A stretch of DNA of 32,000 nucleotides from Candidatus Altimarinota bacterium (GCA_041659405.1 JBAZYK010000010.1:30001-62000), one strand, 5' to 3'; positions 15,127 to 23,848 are shown, counted from the stretch's first letter. Numbers and translations are program-made. The notes: generated by a model from the letters alone, not told the origin.

Positions 15127-16762
15127 ATTTTCTGGCTTTTTCGGTTACGCGGTATTCAAGATATTTGCCGAACATTAGGCGGGTTTGGGCGTCCAAGGCG
15201 GGGATCGCACTTAAAATAATGCTTACTACAGGCACTAAAAGCCATTGAATAATCAGGGAGATTTTTCCAAATAAGCTGCGTTTTGTATTTTCCGGAATCA
15301 AAACCAGACTGATGATGGCGCAGACAATAATACCGCCTGAACTGAAAGTGAGGATGCTGCTCATGATTTTTGGCAGGTTGTAGGCGAGCACGGTGTCGCG
15401 GAAACTTGGGTTTACCATGCCGGGAAGAAAGCCCATGAACGTAATTAAAATCGGGCCGGTTGCCCAGAAGAAGCTGTTTTTTAGGAATTCATAAATGCGA
15501 TAAATTTTGTCGTATAAACTTATGCGCGGGTGTTTCCAAAGGTTGATAGCCATAAATGGGAAGTCGCAAACGCCCCAGGCCCAACGCCTTAATTGATTAT
15601 ATTGGCTTTTGAAGGTTTTAATGTAGGTTTCGGAAAGAACCGCGTCCATGTAAATCGGACAGTAAATAGGCACAAGTTTGTGGCGTCCATCATAAATTAA
15701 ATAGGCCGACCAGTATTGGCGTGAGTCTTCGGGAATAACGGAAGGATCCCAATAATCCACATCGACAACTGTTTTAAAACTTAGCGCTCGGCTGGAAAAA
15801 CTTTTGTATTTGTCCTGTTCCATACTTTCGGCCATGCGCCAAAAAGTGCATGAAAGAGCCACCATGCGGATCATCATGGGCACATCCCAAATATTATTAT
15901 GGAACATGTGTGTTGGCTGATAAGCCATTTCCGTGCGATCTAAGGTCGTTAAATATTTGAAGGTGAGTTCGGAAAAATATTTTGGGTTCACGACCGTATC
16001 CGCATCAAAATTGGAAATTATTACGTTTTCGTAAGGAATATTTTTTTCGTCGAGGTGTTTTTTGAGTTGTTTGGCGGCATGTGTGGCATTGGCGCTTTTG
16101 CCTTTTATTTCTCCGGGGAGATTTTTTGGATGAATGGTGGTAATAAATTTATGGAATTTATCGCCAAATTCTTTTTCGAGTTTGTGGCTTATAGCCAGGG
16201 CATTTTCCTTGTCGGCTTCTTCAACGGCAAAAACAAAAATAATTCCGGAAGGATCATATTCACTTAAAGTGTAAGATTTAATTGATTCTCTGACGATTTG
16301 GTAGGATTCTTTGTAGGTTACAAAAATAATCGCGTGGATAATATCTTTGGATTTTTTATATTGTTGTTTTTGTTTGAGAAGGTTGATTTTTGCCTTTAAA
16401 TCCCTGTAAAAATGGATGGTGGCTTTTTTCTTTTTGGGATTTTTTTCCTGGATTCTTTTGATTTCATAATCGATTTTTTCGGGATGATCAAGCAGAATTG
16501 TTAATTTTTCCCAGTCGGTTTTGAGAGCTTCTTTGACCAGATTGAATGAACGATAAAGATTGATGGACAGCTTGATGGAGCGGAAAAGCCAAGTGATTGT
16601 GTAAACGATAATAAAACTTGCGGCTACGGCCGGGAAAAAAGCTGAGAAAATGATCGGGAAAAAAATTCCGGTCCAGGTGAGTGCGCCGGGCACTACTTCA
16701 AGCACTCTCCACAGTGGATGTTTTTTGATTAGGGTCAAATTTTGAGTGGTGGCGGTGGGCAT
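15125..16762 (-). CDS. Membrane-embedded family-2 glycosyltransferase, processive synthase type (QxxRW)
   Basis: N- and C-terminal TM helices flank a GT2 domain with SNFDADTVV (DxD-type) and QYNQLRRWAWG (the QxxRW motif of cellulose/chitin/hyaluronan-synthase-like enzymes). Confidence 0.85.
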   Translation of the reverse strand: MPTATTQNLTLIKKHPLWRVLEVVPGALTWTGIFFPIIFSAFFPAVAASFIIVYTITWLFRSIKLSINLYRSFNLVKEALKTDWEKLTILLDHPEKIDYEIKRIQEKNPKKKKATIHFYRDLKAKINLLKQKQQYKKSKDIIHAIIFVTYKESYQIVRESIKSYTLSEYDPSGIIFVFAVEEADKENALAISHKLEKEFGDKFHKFITTIHPKNLPGEIKGKSANATHAAKQLKKHLDEKNIPYENVIISNFDADTVVNPKYFSELTFKYLTTLDRTEMAYQPTHMFHNNIWDVPMMIRMVALSCTFWRMAESMEQDKYKSFSSRALSFKTVVDVDYWDPSVIPEDSRQYWSAYLIYDGRHKLVPIYCPIYMDAVLSETYIKTFKSQYNQLRRWAWGVCDFPFMAINLWKHPRISLYDKIYRIYEFLKNSFFWATGPILITFMGFLPGMVNPSFRDTVLAYNLPKIMSSILTFSSGGIIVCAIISLVLIPENTKRSLFGKISLIIQWLLVPVVSIILSAIPALDAQTRLMFGKYLEYRVTEKARK

Positions 16763-16826
16763 GGGAGAGAGCGATTTTTGCGGTTACACGGGGTCAAAGT
16801 TGTGCTTACAATTTCAAAGTTTGCGG

Positions 16827-18323
16827 TTATGTTGTTTTGTGCCAGGAAAGATCTACTTCGGGATATTTTTTGAGTTCTTCAACCATGATGTTTTGGATTT
16901 GGGCGAGCTTTTCGGCGGTTTCGGCTTCAAAACGAAGAGTTAAATTTGGGCTTGTGTTAGAGCAGCGGATGGCTCCCCAGGCAAGGGTGTCAAAATTAAT
17001 ACGAACACCGTCGATGGTGATGCAGTCATATAATTTTGTGAAATGGTCGGTGACTTTTTTGACGATTTCGAATTTGAGATTGTCGGGGCAGTGAGCCTTA
17101 AATTCAGGAGTTGTGAAAAGTGTTGGAAGTCCGTTGAATTGTTCCGAAAAAGATTTTTGTGTTTTTGATAAAATTTCCAGCAATTTGCATGCGGCAAAGA
17201 AAGCGTCATCGAAGCCGTAATAATCATAATAGGTTTTTCCAAAAAACATGTGGCCGCTGATTTCTCCGCCGAGTGGAGCGTTTAATTCGTGCATGCGGGC
17301 TTCAATAAAAGAGTGGCCGGTTTTGCTCATGACAGGAGTGCCACCTAATCGAGTGATTTCATCAATCAAAATTTTGGAAACTTTTACATCAAAAACAATT
17401 TGTTTGGCTGAGTTTGATGCGAGATTGTTGTTGGGTGTTGTGTCGGAAGCAGATGCCTTTGCAACCTTCGCGCTGTTCACGTTTTCCAATAAATCACGAA
17501 CGAGGAGAAGTAATAAATAATCTGCGGAATAATGTTTGCCGTTTTCATCGACTATTCCAACGCGATCGCCATCACCATCAAATCCAATTCCCAAATCTGC
17601 TTTGTTGATTCTGACTTGTTCTGCCAAGTCCAGCATGTTTTTTTCTTCTTCGGGATTTGCTTCGTGGTGAGGAAAGTTCCCGTCCAAATCGCAATAAAGT
17701 TCAATTACTTTGCAACCAATGGCTCGCAAAAGTTTGGGAGCGAAGGGCCCTGTGACGCCATTTCCCGCATCTACAACCACTTTTAAAGGTTTAGCGAGTT
17801 TGATGCGTGCTTGAATGTCTTTTAAATAATCATCAAAATTGTCGGATTTGGTGGTGTGCTCGGCCTGTTGCTCATCCTGTCGTTCAAAATCATTCGCTAA
17901 AATCAATTTTACAATTTCCTGCAACTCATCTCCACAAACAGAGTGCGCGTTTTTGCCGACAATTTTTACGCCATTATATTCCTTGGGATTATGGCTTGCG
18001 GTAATGTTTACGCCGCTGTCCATGCCATAACGACAAACCGCATAATAAATTAGCGGAGAGGTGGAAATTCCCACATCAACAACATCAATTCCGGTGGAAA
18101 GCACACCTTCAATAAAGGCTTTTTGCAAATCGGGGCTGTGCAAGCGGTTATCGCGGCCAACCATCATATTGCGCGTGCCGTATTTGCGCTTCATATATGT
18201 TCCTGTGCCCTGGCCGATCAGTTTGACTGTTTCCGGTGTTAAGTCAGCTATTTCGCCAGCTTCGGGAATGGCAATTCCGCGGATGTCGTATGCACGAAAA
18301 ATGAGGGGATTGATAGTTGTCAT
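16827..18323 (-). CDS. Alpha-D-phosphohexomutase (phosphomannomutase/phosphoglucomutase family)
   Basis: IFRAYDIRG start, active-site loop NITASHNPKEYNGVKI, metal loop GFDGDGDRVGIVD and sugar loop GGEISGH. It carries a low-complexity insertion (SAKVAKASASDTTPNNNLASNSAK). Confidence 0.9.
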   Translation of the reverse strand: MTTINPLIFRAYDIRGIAIPEAGEIADLTPETVKLIGQGTGTYMKRKYGTRNMMVGRDNRLHSPDLQKAFIEGVLSTGIDVVDVGISTSPLIYYAVCRYGMDSGVNITASHNPKEYNGVKIVGKNAHSVCGDELQEIVKLILANDFERQDEQQAEHTTKSDNFDDYLKDIQARIKLAKPLKVVVDAGNGVTGPFAPKLLRAIGCKVIELYCDLDGNFPHHEANPEEEKNMLDLAEQVRINKADLGIGFDGDGDRVGIVDENGKHYSADYLLLLLVRDLLENVNSAKVAKASASDTTPNNNLASNSAKQIVFDVKVSKILIDEITRLGGTPVMSKTGHSFIEARMHELNAPLGGEISGHMFFGKTYYDYYGFDDAFFAACKLLEILSKTQKSFSEQFNGLPTLFTTPEFKAHCPDNLKFEIVKKVTDHFTKLYDCITIDGVRINFDTLAWGAIRCSNTSPNLTLRFEAETAEKLAQIQNIMVEELKKYPEVDLSWHKTT

Positions 18324-18328
18324 TATTC

Positions 18329-18387
18329 AAAAAATGAGAGTTTAAAACGGGTATCACCGGTGTGACCCCGGTAAGCCCGCTCATTTT
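18329..18387 (-). promoter_or_regulatory. Three-tier stem-loop plus U-run ending 5 nt before the phosphohexomutase start codon (terminator/attenuator-like)
   Basis: + strand pairings: AAAATGAG (18331-18338) with CTCATTTT (18380-18387); CGGG (18348-18351) with CCCG (18376-18379); ACCGG (18356-18360) with CCGGT (18368-18372). On the minus strand the structure is followed by a U-run and then AATA-ATG. Confidence 0.45.
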
Positions 18388-18448
18388 AGACTAAAGTGGC
18401 TTTGGACTCAACTGTACTCATGTTGACTCTTAGATTGCCCAATAAATT

Positions 18449-19027
18449 TCATTTTTCGGATTCCTGGATATTTTTTAGGCGATTGGTTGCCTTCCAACTT
18501 TGAAGAAGTTTGGTGACGGATTTTGGCACAAGCTGTTCCCATTTTTGAGCGTTGGCTGAAGGGTCGTTTTTTGAATTGGATTTTGAGCCGGAGAGTGCGG
18601 ATTTGAGCATTTCTTCACGCACAATTGTGCTGGAAATTTTGAGATGTTTTTTAATGTCGATGATTTGATATGGCTTTTTAAGCTGTAGATTGGCGTTTTC
18701 AAAAAGTTCCTTAACCACATCGGAACCGGTGTAGATTTTTTGGAATGGTGGTAAATAAAGTTGAACATGCGCAACCCAAAGTGCGTAATTATCAATATTT
18801 GGAATTGTAACAATGTTGTATTTGGAGCGGGGGATTTTGGCTTCTTCAAGAGCAGCTTCCAACATTTGAAAACGTTCGCCGGCTGTGAATGGATTGTTTG
18901 GACGAAAATTATTTTGAGTGCTGCCGATGGCGATGTAAAGAAAATCGCTTTCTTTGAGCGCTTGTTTTATGGCATCTATATGACCTAAATGAACTGGTTG
19001 AAAGCGGCCGATGAAGAGTGATTTCAT
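18449..19027 (-). CDS. Nicotinamide-nucleotide adenylyltransferase, archaeal type
   Basis: MKSLFIGRFQPVHLGHIDAIKQAL...IGSTQ...NPFTAGERFQML...WEQLVPKSV closely follows the archaeal NMNAT pattern (GRFQPxHxGH, NPFTAGER, WExLVP). It has a low-complexity insertion before WEQLVP. Confidence 0.85.
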   Translation of the reverse strand: MKSLFIGRFQPVHLGHIDAIKQALKESDFLYIAIGSTQNNFRPNNPFTAGERFQMLEAALEEAKIPRSKYNIVTIPNIDNYALWVAHVQLYLPPFQKIYTGSDVVKELFENANLQLKKPYQIIDIKKHLKISSTIVREEMLKSALSGSKSNSKNDPSANAQKWEQLVPKSVTKLLQSWKATNRLKNIQESEK

Positions 19028-19038
19028 TTTAATTAGTT

Positions 19039-19854
19039 TTACAGAAGTGACGTTTGATTTTCCGGTACCTCTTCAAATTTTTGGGTTTCTCCTTTTCCAA
19101 TTTTAATGATCGGTGGCATTTCCGATTTGTGTTTGTTGGCTTTAACTCGGCGAATAACGGAATGGACGAGCAGGGGATTCATGCCTTTTTGAATCAGGTC
19201 TTCTTCACTGAAATTTGCTTTTTCCAGATCGATTTTTTTAAGAATTGGATCGAGTTCGCTGTATTTTGCGCCAAGTTCCACTTCATCGGTTTGGCCGGAA
19301 AAAAGTTCGGCAGTTGGTGCTTTTTCAATGATTTCTTTAGGCAATCCCACAAAATCGGCAAGGGCAAAAACTTCTTCTTTTAAAAGATCACCAATAACTT
19401 CCAAATCGGCAGCCAGATCGCCATATTTTGTGCCGTAGCCAAGTAAAATTTCGCTTTTATTGGAGGTTCCAAGTACTAAAGCTTCGGTAGTATTGGCGTA
19501 GTTGTAGAGCAAAACGGCGCGGATGCGGGCTTTGGTGTTTTGTTGGGCCAGTTTGCTTGGCTTCCATGGTAATCGCGCAAAATCGATCAAAAATGGATTG
19601 ATTGGTTGCGAGAAAAACGTTACTTCAAGCGCTTCACATAATTTGTACGCGTGTTCAATGTTGATTTGTGCGGAAACGCCAAGTTCGGGCATGGAAAGAG
19701 CGGTGACTTTTTCCGGTCCAAGCGCGTCTACGGCAAGCTTTAAGGTAAGCGCGGAATCGATCCCTCCACTTATACCAATTACAACGTGTGAAAGGCCGGT
19801 TTTAGCGAAATATTCCTGAATTCCTTTGATGAGTTGTTGATAAATTTGTTCCAT
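19039..19854 (-). CDS. nadE: NH3-dependent NAD+ synthetase
   Basis: PP-loop GISGGIDSALT, LGTSNKSEILLGYGTKYGD and PTAELFSGQTDE motifs, at the typical ~270 aa length. It sits upstream of the NMNAT gene (NAD module). Confidence 0.9.
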   Translation of the reverse strand: MEQIYQQLIKGIQEYFAKTGLSHVVIGISGGIDSALTLKLAVDALGPEKVTALSMPELGVSAQINIEHAYKLCEALEVTFFSQPINPFLIDFARLPWKPSKLAQQNTKARIRAVLLYNYANTTEALVLGTSNKSEILLGYGTKYGDLAADLEVIGDLLKEEVFALADFVGLPKEIIEKAPTAELFSGQTDEVELGAKYSELDPILKKIDLEKANFSEEDLIQKGMNPLLVHSVIRRVKANKHKSEMPPIIKIGKGETQKFEEVPENQTSLL

Positions 19855-19897
19855 GAAATCGAGTCGTTACTGGATATTTTCTTCGGGAATGCTAACC

Positions 19898-20245
19898 TTA
19901 TGAAAGTGCTTTTTTGATGGTGAATGCGCAAATAACTATTCCGGCAAGAATAAAAAGTGCAGGAACTACGAATACAACCCAATAAGTGGAAATATTGTCG
20001 GCTGTAAGGGTTGCCGGTTTTTTATTGTAACTGATTTCGACTTTACCTTCTTTGATGAGTGGCCCCAAAATTGCGTAGGCCATAATTATTCCAAAAACCA
20101 GGAAGGCAAGCCCCAAAAGCATTGGCAGAATAACGCTGACGGCAAAAGAGTAGATTTTATCGATGCTGTCTAAAGCTGATCCGGATTTGTCTTTTAAAGA
20201 CTCTAGGGCATTTTTGGTGGAAGAAGGGAGGTCGTTTTTATCCAT
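19898..20245 (-). CDS. Small membrane protein (115 aa), hypothetical
   Basis: A polar N-terminus is followed by two clear hydrophobic helices (FAVSVILPMLLGLAFLVFGIIMAYAIL; YWVVFVVPALFILAGIVICAF). It is co-oriented within the smpB-to-GT2 gene string. Confidence 0.6.
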   Translation of the reverse strand: MDKNDLPSSTKNALESLKDKSGSALDSIDKIYSFAVSVILPMLLGLAFLVFGIIMAYAILGPLIKEGKVEISYNKKPATLTADNISTYWVVFVVPALFILAGIVICAFTIKKALS

Positions 20246-20265
20246 GCCGGATGGGGGTTAGTTTG

Positions 20266-20775
20266 TTAATATTTTTTTAATGCTCTACTGATTTCCAGAT
20301 TTTGGGCTTTCTTTTTTAATTCGTTGCGGCGGTCATGTTTTTTCTTGGATTGGCAGATGCCCAGCTGCATCTTAATGTGGTTGTGGCTTAAATGAAAGTC
20401 CAAGGGCACAATGGTTGTTCCCTTAGTATCCAGGTGATTTTTTAGTTTGAGGATTTCTTTGTGATGAAGCAGCAACTTTCGTTTTTGAGTTGGACTGTAG
20501 CCGAGTTGTGGAGCTTGTTTGTACGGTGAAATGTGCACATTGCGGACAAGGGCTTCCAGCGTGATTGCCGAGGGCGCGTTTTTGTTGATGTTTTTCGTGT
20601 TTTTATGATGTGCTGTAACTTCAACAAAACTGCCTTTTAAATTGGCATGACTGGCGCGAACGGATTTAACTTCCGCACCGGACAAAACAATTCCGGCCTC
20701 GAATTTTTCAAGAATTTCATATTCGGCAAAGGCCTTTTTGTTCTGCGCTAAAATTGAGTTTTTACCTTTTTCCAT
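20266..20775 (-). CDS. smpB: SsrA-binding protein SmpB
   Basis: NKKAFAEYEILEKFEAGIVLSGAEVKSVR...RKLLLHHKEILKL...GTTIVPL...GICQSKKKHDRR is the SmpB signature. An extra ~20-aa segment (TAHHKNTKNINKNAPSAITLEA) sits in the central region. Confidence 0.9.
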   Translation of the reverse strand: MEKGKNSILAQNKKAFAEYEILEKFEAGIVLSGAEVKSVRASHANLKGSFVEVTAHHKNTKNINKNAPSAITLEALVRNVHISPYKQAPQLGYSPTQKRKLLLHHKEILKLKNHLDTKGTTIVPLDFHLSHNHIKMQLGICQSKKKHDRRNELKKKAQNLEISRALKKY

Positions 20776-20979
20776 TAGGGTTTTTTATGCTTTGAGCGTG
20801 GGTATTATAGTGGAGATGGTTTTTAGAGGATAGTTTGACATATCTTGATTTTTATTATATTACGGTGTCCCTTAATGAAAGATGGGCAAAACCCACGATT
20901 ATTTGTGGTGGATTGGGAGGAGGGCGAAATGGATGGTAATAAAGTTTAGAAATTTTTTATGTTTTTGTAATCTCGTTGC

Positions 20980-21005
20980 GGTACATTAATCAAAAATAAT
21001 GTACC
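20980..21005 (+). promoter_or_regulatory. 9-bp perfect inverted repeat ending 3 nt before ATG 21009
   Basis: GGTACATTA-atcaaaaa-TAATGTACC (20980-21005). Confidence 0.4.
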
Positions 21006-21008
21006 AAT

Positions 21009-21302
21009 ATGATTTTAATTTCGATTGATGACGCGAAGAAGAGTATTGAAGGATACGACCCAAATAAGGCCGAGGTATTTCATAATTTTTATCGAACGCA
21101 TGCTGGTTCAAGAAAAATTTTACTATATGTCGCTGAAAATTTTCCAAACATTGAAATTTTGTTATATGAAAGTTCGTATAACAAAGTTCAAGAACTGATT
21201 TATAAAAAGCTCAAATTTGGTTTAAAGGGAAACCAAATTGAGTTTTTGAGAAAAAATCAATATACTGAAAATGAAGTATTAAATTTAGTAAAAGTTTTAT
21301 GA
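21009..21302 (+). CDS. Hypothetical protein (97 aa)
   Basis: ORF whose stop overlaps the next start (ATGA at 21299-21302), which suggests translational coupling. No family recognised. Confidence 0.6.
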   Translation: MILISIDDAKKSIEGYDPNKAEVFHNFYRTHAGSRKILLYVAENFPNIEILLYESSYNKVQELIYKKLKFGLKGNQIEFLRKNQYTENEVLNLVKVL

Positions 21303-21565
21303 AAAAAATCCTTTTGCCTCGAAGAGATCCTAATAATCCTCAGGTTAGAGAATATGTTGATGCTCTTAAAAGGGGTTATGCCAGTCAGCATGTATTGTTT
21401 TTTAATTCTGGTTGGGTTGTTAAAAAGCCTGGTTCTGCGAGAGCTACAAAATTTTTTTCTACCAAACGGGCAGCTGTTTCTTATGGTAAAGAGATTGCTA
21501 AAAACAAAGGTACAGGCCTCTTTATTCATTCAAAAGATGGTAGGATCCAGGAACGGTTTAACTAA
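21299..21565 (+). CDS. DUF2188-like small protein
   Basis: ...HVLFFNSGWVVKKPGSARATKFFSTKRAAVSYGKEIAKNKGTGLFIHSKDGRIQE matches my memory of the DUF2188 pattern (W.V...g..ra...f.tk.eA...a..iA......l.iH..dG.i). Confidence 0.65.
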   Translation: MKKILLPRRDPNNPQVREYVDALKRGYASQHVLFFNSGWVVKKPGSARATKFFSTKRAAVSYGKEIAKNKGTGLFIHSKDGRIQERFN

Positions 21566-21567
21566 CT

Positions 21568-22863
21568 TTATGGCGTCAGCCTGTAGATTGTTCGTGGGAA
21601 TGGAATTGATTCGCGGACGTGTTCAAGGCCGCAGATCCAGGTGACAAGGCGTTCCAGGCCATAACCAAATCCGCTGTGTGGCACGGAGCCGAATTTGCGG
21701 AGATCCAAATACCACTGGAAGGCTTCAACCGGCAATTTGTGTTCCTGAATTTTTTTGAGGAGTTTGTCGTAATCGTCTTCACGCTGGCTTCCACCAATAA
21801 TTTCGCCATAGCCTTCCGGGGCTAGTAGATCAGCACAAAGGGCGCGAGTTGGATCTTTAGGGTCCGGTTTCATATAAAACGCTTTTACAATTGCAGGATA
21901 TTTTTCCACAAAAATTGGTTTGTCATATTTTTTAGTGAGCATGGTTTCGTCATCGGCGCCAAGGTCGTCCATATCGCCAATATCCGAGCCCATTTCACGC
22001 AGTTCTTTAATTACTTCCGCATGAGTTTTGCGAATGAAAGGTGCTTCAATTTTTTGGAGAGGTTCAATGTTGCGTTCCAAAATCTTGAGTTCGTTAGCGT
22101 TTTTTGCGAGCACGGATTTTACAATGTGGGTGATCAATTGTTCCTGAATTTCCATATTTTGTTCGTGTTCCACAAAAGCGGCTTCGGCATCCAGCATCCA
22201 GAATTCCGTTAAATGACGGCGAGTTTTGGATTTTTCAGCGCGGAAAACCGGTCCAAAATCAAAACATCTTCCAACTGAAAAAATTGCCGCTTCAATGTAT
22301 AATTGTCCGGATTGGCTTAGATAAGCCTGGCCCATGTCAAAATAATCCACGCCAAAAAGTTCGGTGGTGCCTTCGCAGGCATTTGGAGTCAGAATTGGCG
22401 CATCAATTTTAATGTAATCGTTGTTGTTCAACCATTCAAAACTGGCGTTGATAATTGTGTTGCGGATTCTTTGAATTGCCCATTGGCGGCTGGAACGAAG
22501 CCATAAATGGCGCTGGTCCATCAAAAATTCAATGCCGTGATCTTTTTTGGAAATTGGATATTCTTCTGTGACCAACTGCACGATCTCGATATTTTTTACC
22601 TGAATTTCATAAGTATCGGCCTGCTTGGGATGTTTTGTGACCATGCCGGTAATTTTCACCGAAGATTCCGCGGTGAGTTTTTCGGCTTCAGCAAGAGTTT
22701 CCGGGCTGACGCTAGAAGCTTCTACAATTCCCTGAATAATGCCGGTTCCATCACGCAATTGCAGAAAATAAATTTTTCCGCTGCCGCGTTTGTTGAACAT
22801 CCAACCTTGAATCGTGGCCTCCTGATCTACGTAATCTTTGATTTTGGAAATGGTGGTGAGCAT
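21568..22863 (-). CDS. asnS: Asparagine--tRNA ligase (class IIb; AsnRS favoured over archaeal-type AspRS)
   Basis: OB-fold start IQGWMFNKRGSGKIYFLQLRDGTG, motif 2 FRAEKSKTRRHLTEFWMLDAEAAF (EFWM is AsnRS-like) and motif 3 GFGYGLERLVTWICGLEHVRESIPFPR. Start placed at ATG 22863 (MLTTISKIKDY), not the track's 22920. Confidence 0.85.
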   Translation of the reverse strand: MLTTISKIKDYVDQEATIQGWMFNKRGSGKIYFLQLRDGTGIIQGIVEASSVSPETLAEAEKLTAESSVKITGMVTKHPKQADTYEIQVKNIEIVQLVTEEYPISKKDHGIEFLMDQRHLWLRSSRQWAIQRIRNTIINASFEWLNNNDYIKIDAPILTPNACEGTTELFGVDYFDMGQAYLSQSGQLYIEAAIFSVGRCFDFGPVFRAEKSKTRRHLTEFWMLDAEAAFVEHEQNMEIQEQLITHIVKSVLAKNANELKILERNIEPLQKIEAPFIRKTHAEVIKELREMGSDIGDMDDLGADDETMLTKKYDKPIFVEKYPAIVKAFYMKPDPKDPTRALCADLLAPEGYGEIIGGSQREDDYDKLLKKIQEHKLPVEAFQWYLDLRKFGSVPHSGFGYGLERLVTWICGLEHVRESIPFPRTIYRLTP

Positions 22864-22938
22864 GGGGTTCGTTTTAAAATAAGCCGCAAACAACATACTA
22901 AAATGTAGTTTGGCGGGCAAGGGCTGGATTGGATGAAT

Positions 22939-23700
22939 TTATAGACCGGGTTCTTCGTCCCAGCCTTTTGGAGTTACAATTTCGCCGTTGTTATAATTGT
23001 TGGAATCATCGCCCTTGGTTCCTGGGTGGCGTTGTCTTGGTGCGCGCGGTGTTTTAGTTTTAGGATTTGACGTTGCGGATGTAGCTGGAGCGGCCGTTTT
23101 GGAAGGTGCAACATTTGCGCTAGCAATTGGAGCTTGGCTTGCACTGGCGCTTGGTGTTGCTTGCTTCGTTACTGTGCCTGAATCAGTCCCGGCATCAGCG
23201 GGATTTGGAACTTTTACACTTGGAGTTGTTGCGGAAATGTCCGGTTTTGATGGAGTTTTAAATGCTTTTTGTACAACGTATAAGGTTGTCAACGCAGTGA
23301 TAGCAGCTATGGCAATAGTTGTTCTAGTCCCAAGAATAGGATTTTTAGGAATTTCGTCTGAAGCAGGCTTTTTGTCCGGGGTAGTTTCCGGTGGTCTCCA
23401 TCCTGGATGTGGAATGATTCTACGTACGGTTGGGGTAAGTGGTTTTTGCGCCAGCTTAAAAGGTGAAGTGTTTTCTGGTTGAGCTGCTTGCTCGGGTGCT
23501 TCAACGTTAACGATAACTCTGGCTATGGCTGTGTTTGTTTCTGCATCACCTGAATTAGGGACTGTTGTTGAAGCCTCTGGATTTTCCGTGCCTAAATCCG
23601 GAGTTGTTGGAGTTTGTTCAGTTTCCGGTGGTGGTGGGCTGAGCCAGCCGTCGGTAAGAGTGTCATTTTCTGAAGTGGATGGTCTTTCTCTTGTTCCCAT
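22939..23700 (-). CDS. Pro/Thr/Ala-rich single-pass membrane protein (253 aa), hypothetical
   Basis: One TM helix (TTIAIAAITALTTLYVV) sits between low-complexity halves. Three GW..PE-type motifs: DGWLSPPPPE, PGWRPPE and the C-terminal PKGWDEEPGL. Chosen over the antisense TTG-initiated 161-aa ORF because it is longer, has an ATG start and has a coherent TM architecture. Confidence 0.6.
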   Translation of the reverse strand: MGTRERPSTSENDTLTDGWLSPPPPETEQTPTTPDLGTENPEASTTVPNSGDAETNTAIARVIVNVEAPEQAAQPENTSPFKLAQKPLTPTVRRIIPHPGWRPPETTPDKKPASDEIPKNPILGTRTTIAIAAITALTTLYVVQKAFKTPSKPDISATTPSVKVPNPADAGTDSGTVTKQATPSASASQAPIASANVAPSKTAAPATSATSNPKTKTPRAPRQRHPGTKGDDSNNYNNGEIVTPKGWDEEPGL

Positions 23701-23848
23701 AATTATTTGATTAAAAGGTTGTCAATGTATCAATTTGTGGTTGTTTCATCAAGCGAAACTTACTAAAGTTAGATCGGAATTGATCTGAAATGTGAATTCA
23801 AAATTGGAAGAGAAGTGCTGGAATATGAGCTATAAAGGCGGAATTTAG

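Noticed and set aside
20776-21008. Looked for ssrA or another RNA gene next to smpB (a CCACCA word is present on the minus strand)
   Set aside because: No TTCGA T-loop, no GGGG-type 5' end and no tag-ORF-like segment. The region is better explained by divergent promoters plus the 20980-21005 inverted repeat.
22864-22920. N-terminal extension of asnS (MPAKLHFSMLFAAYFKTNP)
   Set aside because: It is not part of the class IIb OB-fold N-terminus. ATG 22863 gives a normal-length enzyme.
22997-23482. 161-aa TTG-initiated ORF antisense to the Pro/Thr-rich gene
   Set aside because: It is shorter, has a non-ATG start, and its Gly/Val/Ala composition mirrors the sense strand. The minus-strand ORF has an ATG, a single clean TM helix and an upstream intergenic region. 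Strand choice remains somewhat uncertain.
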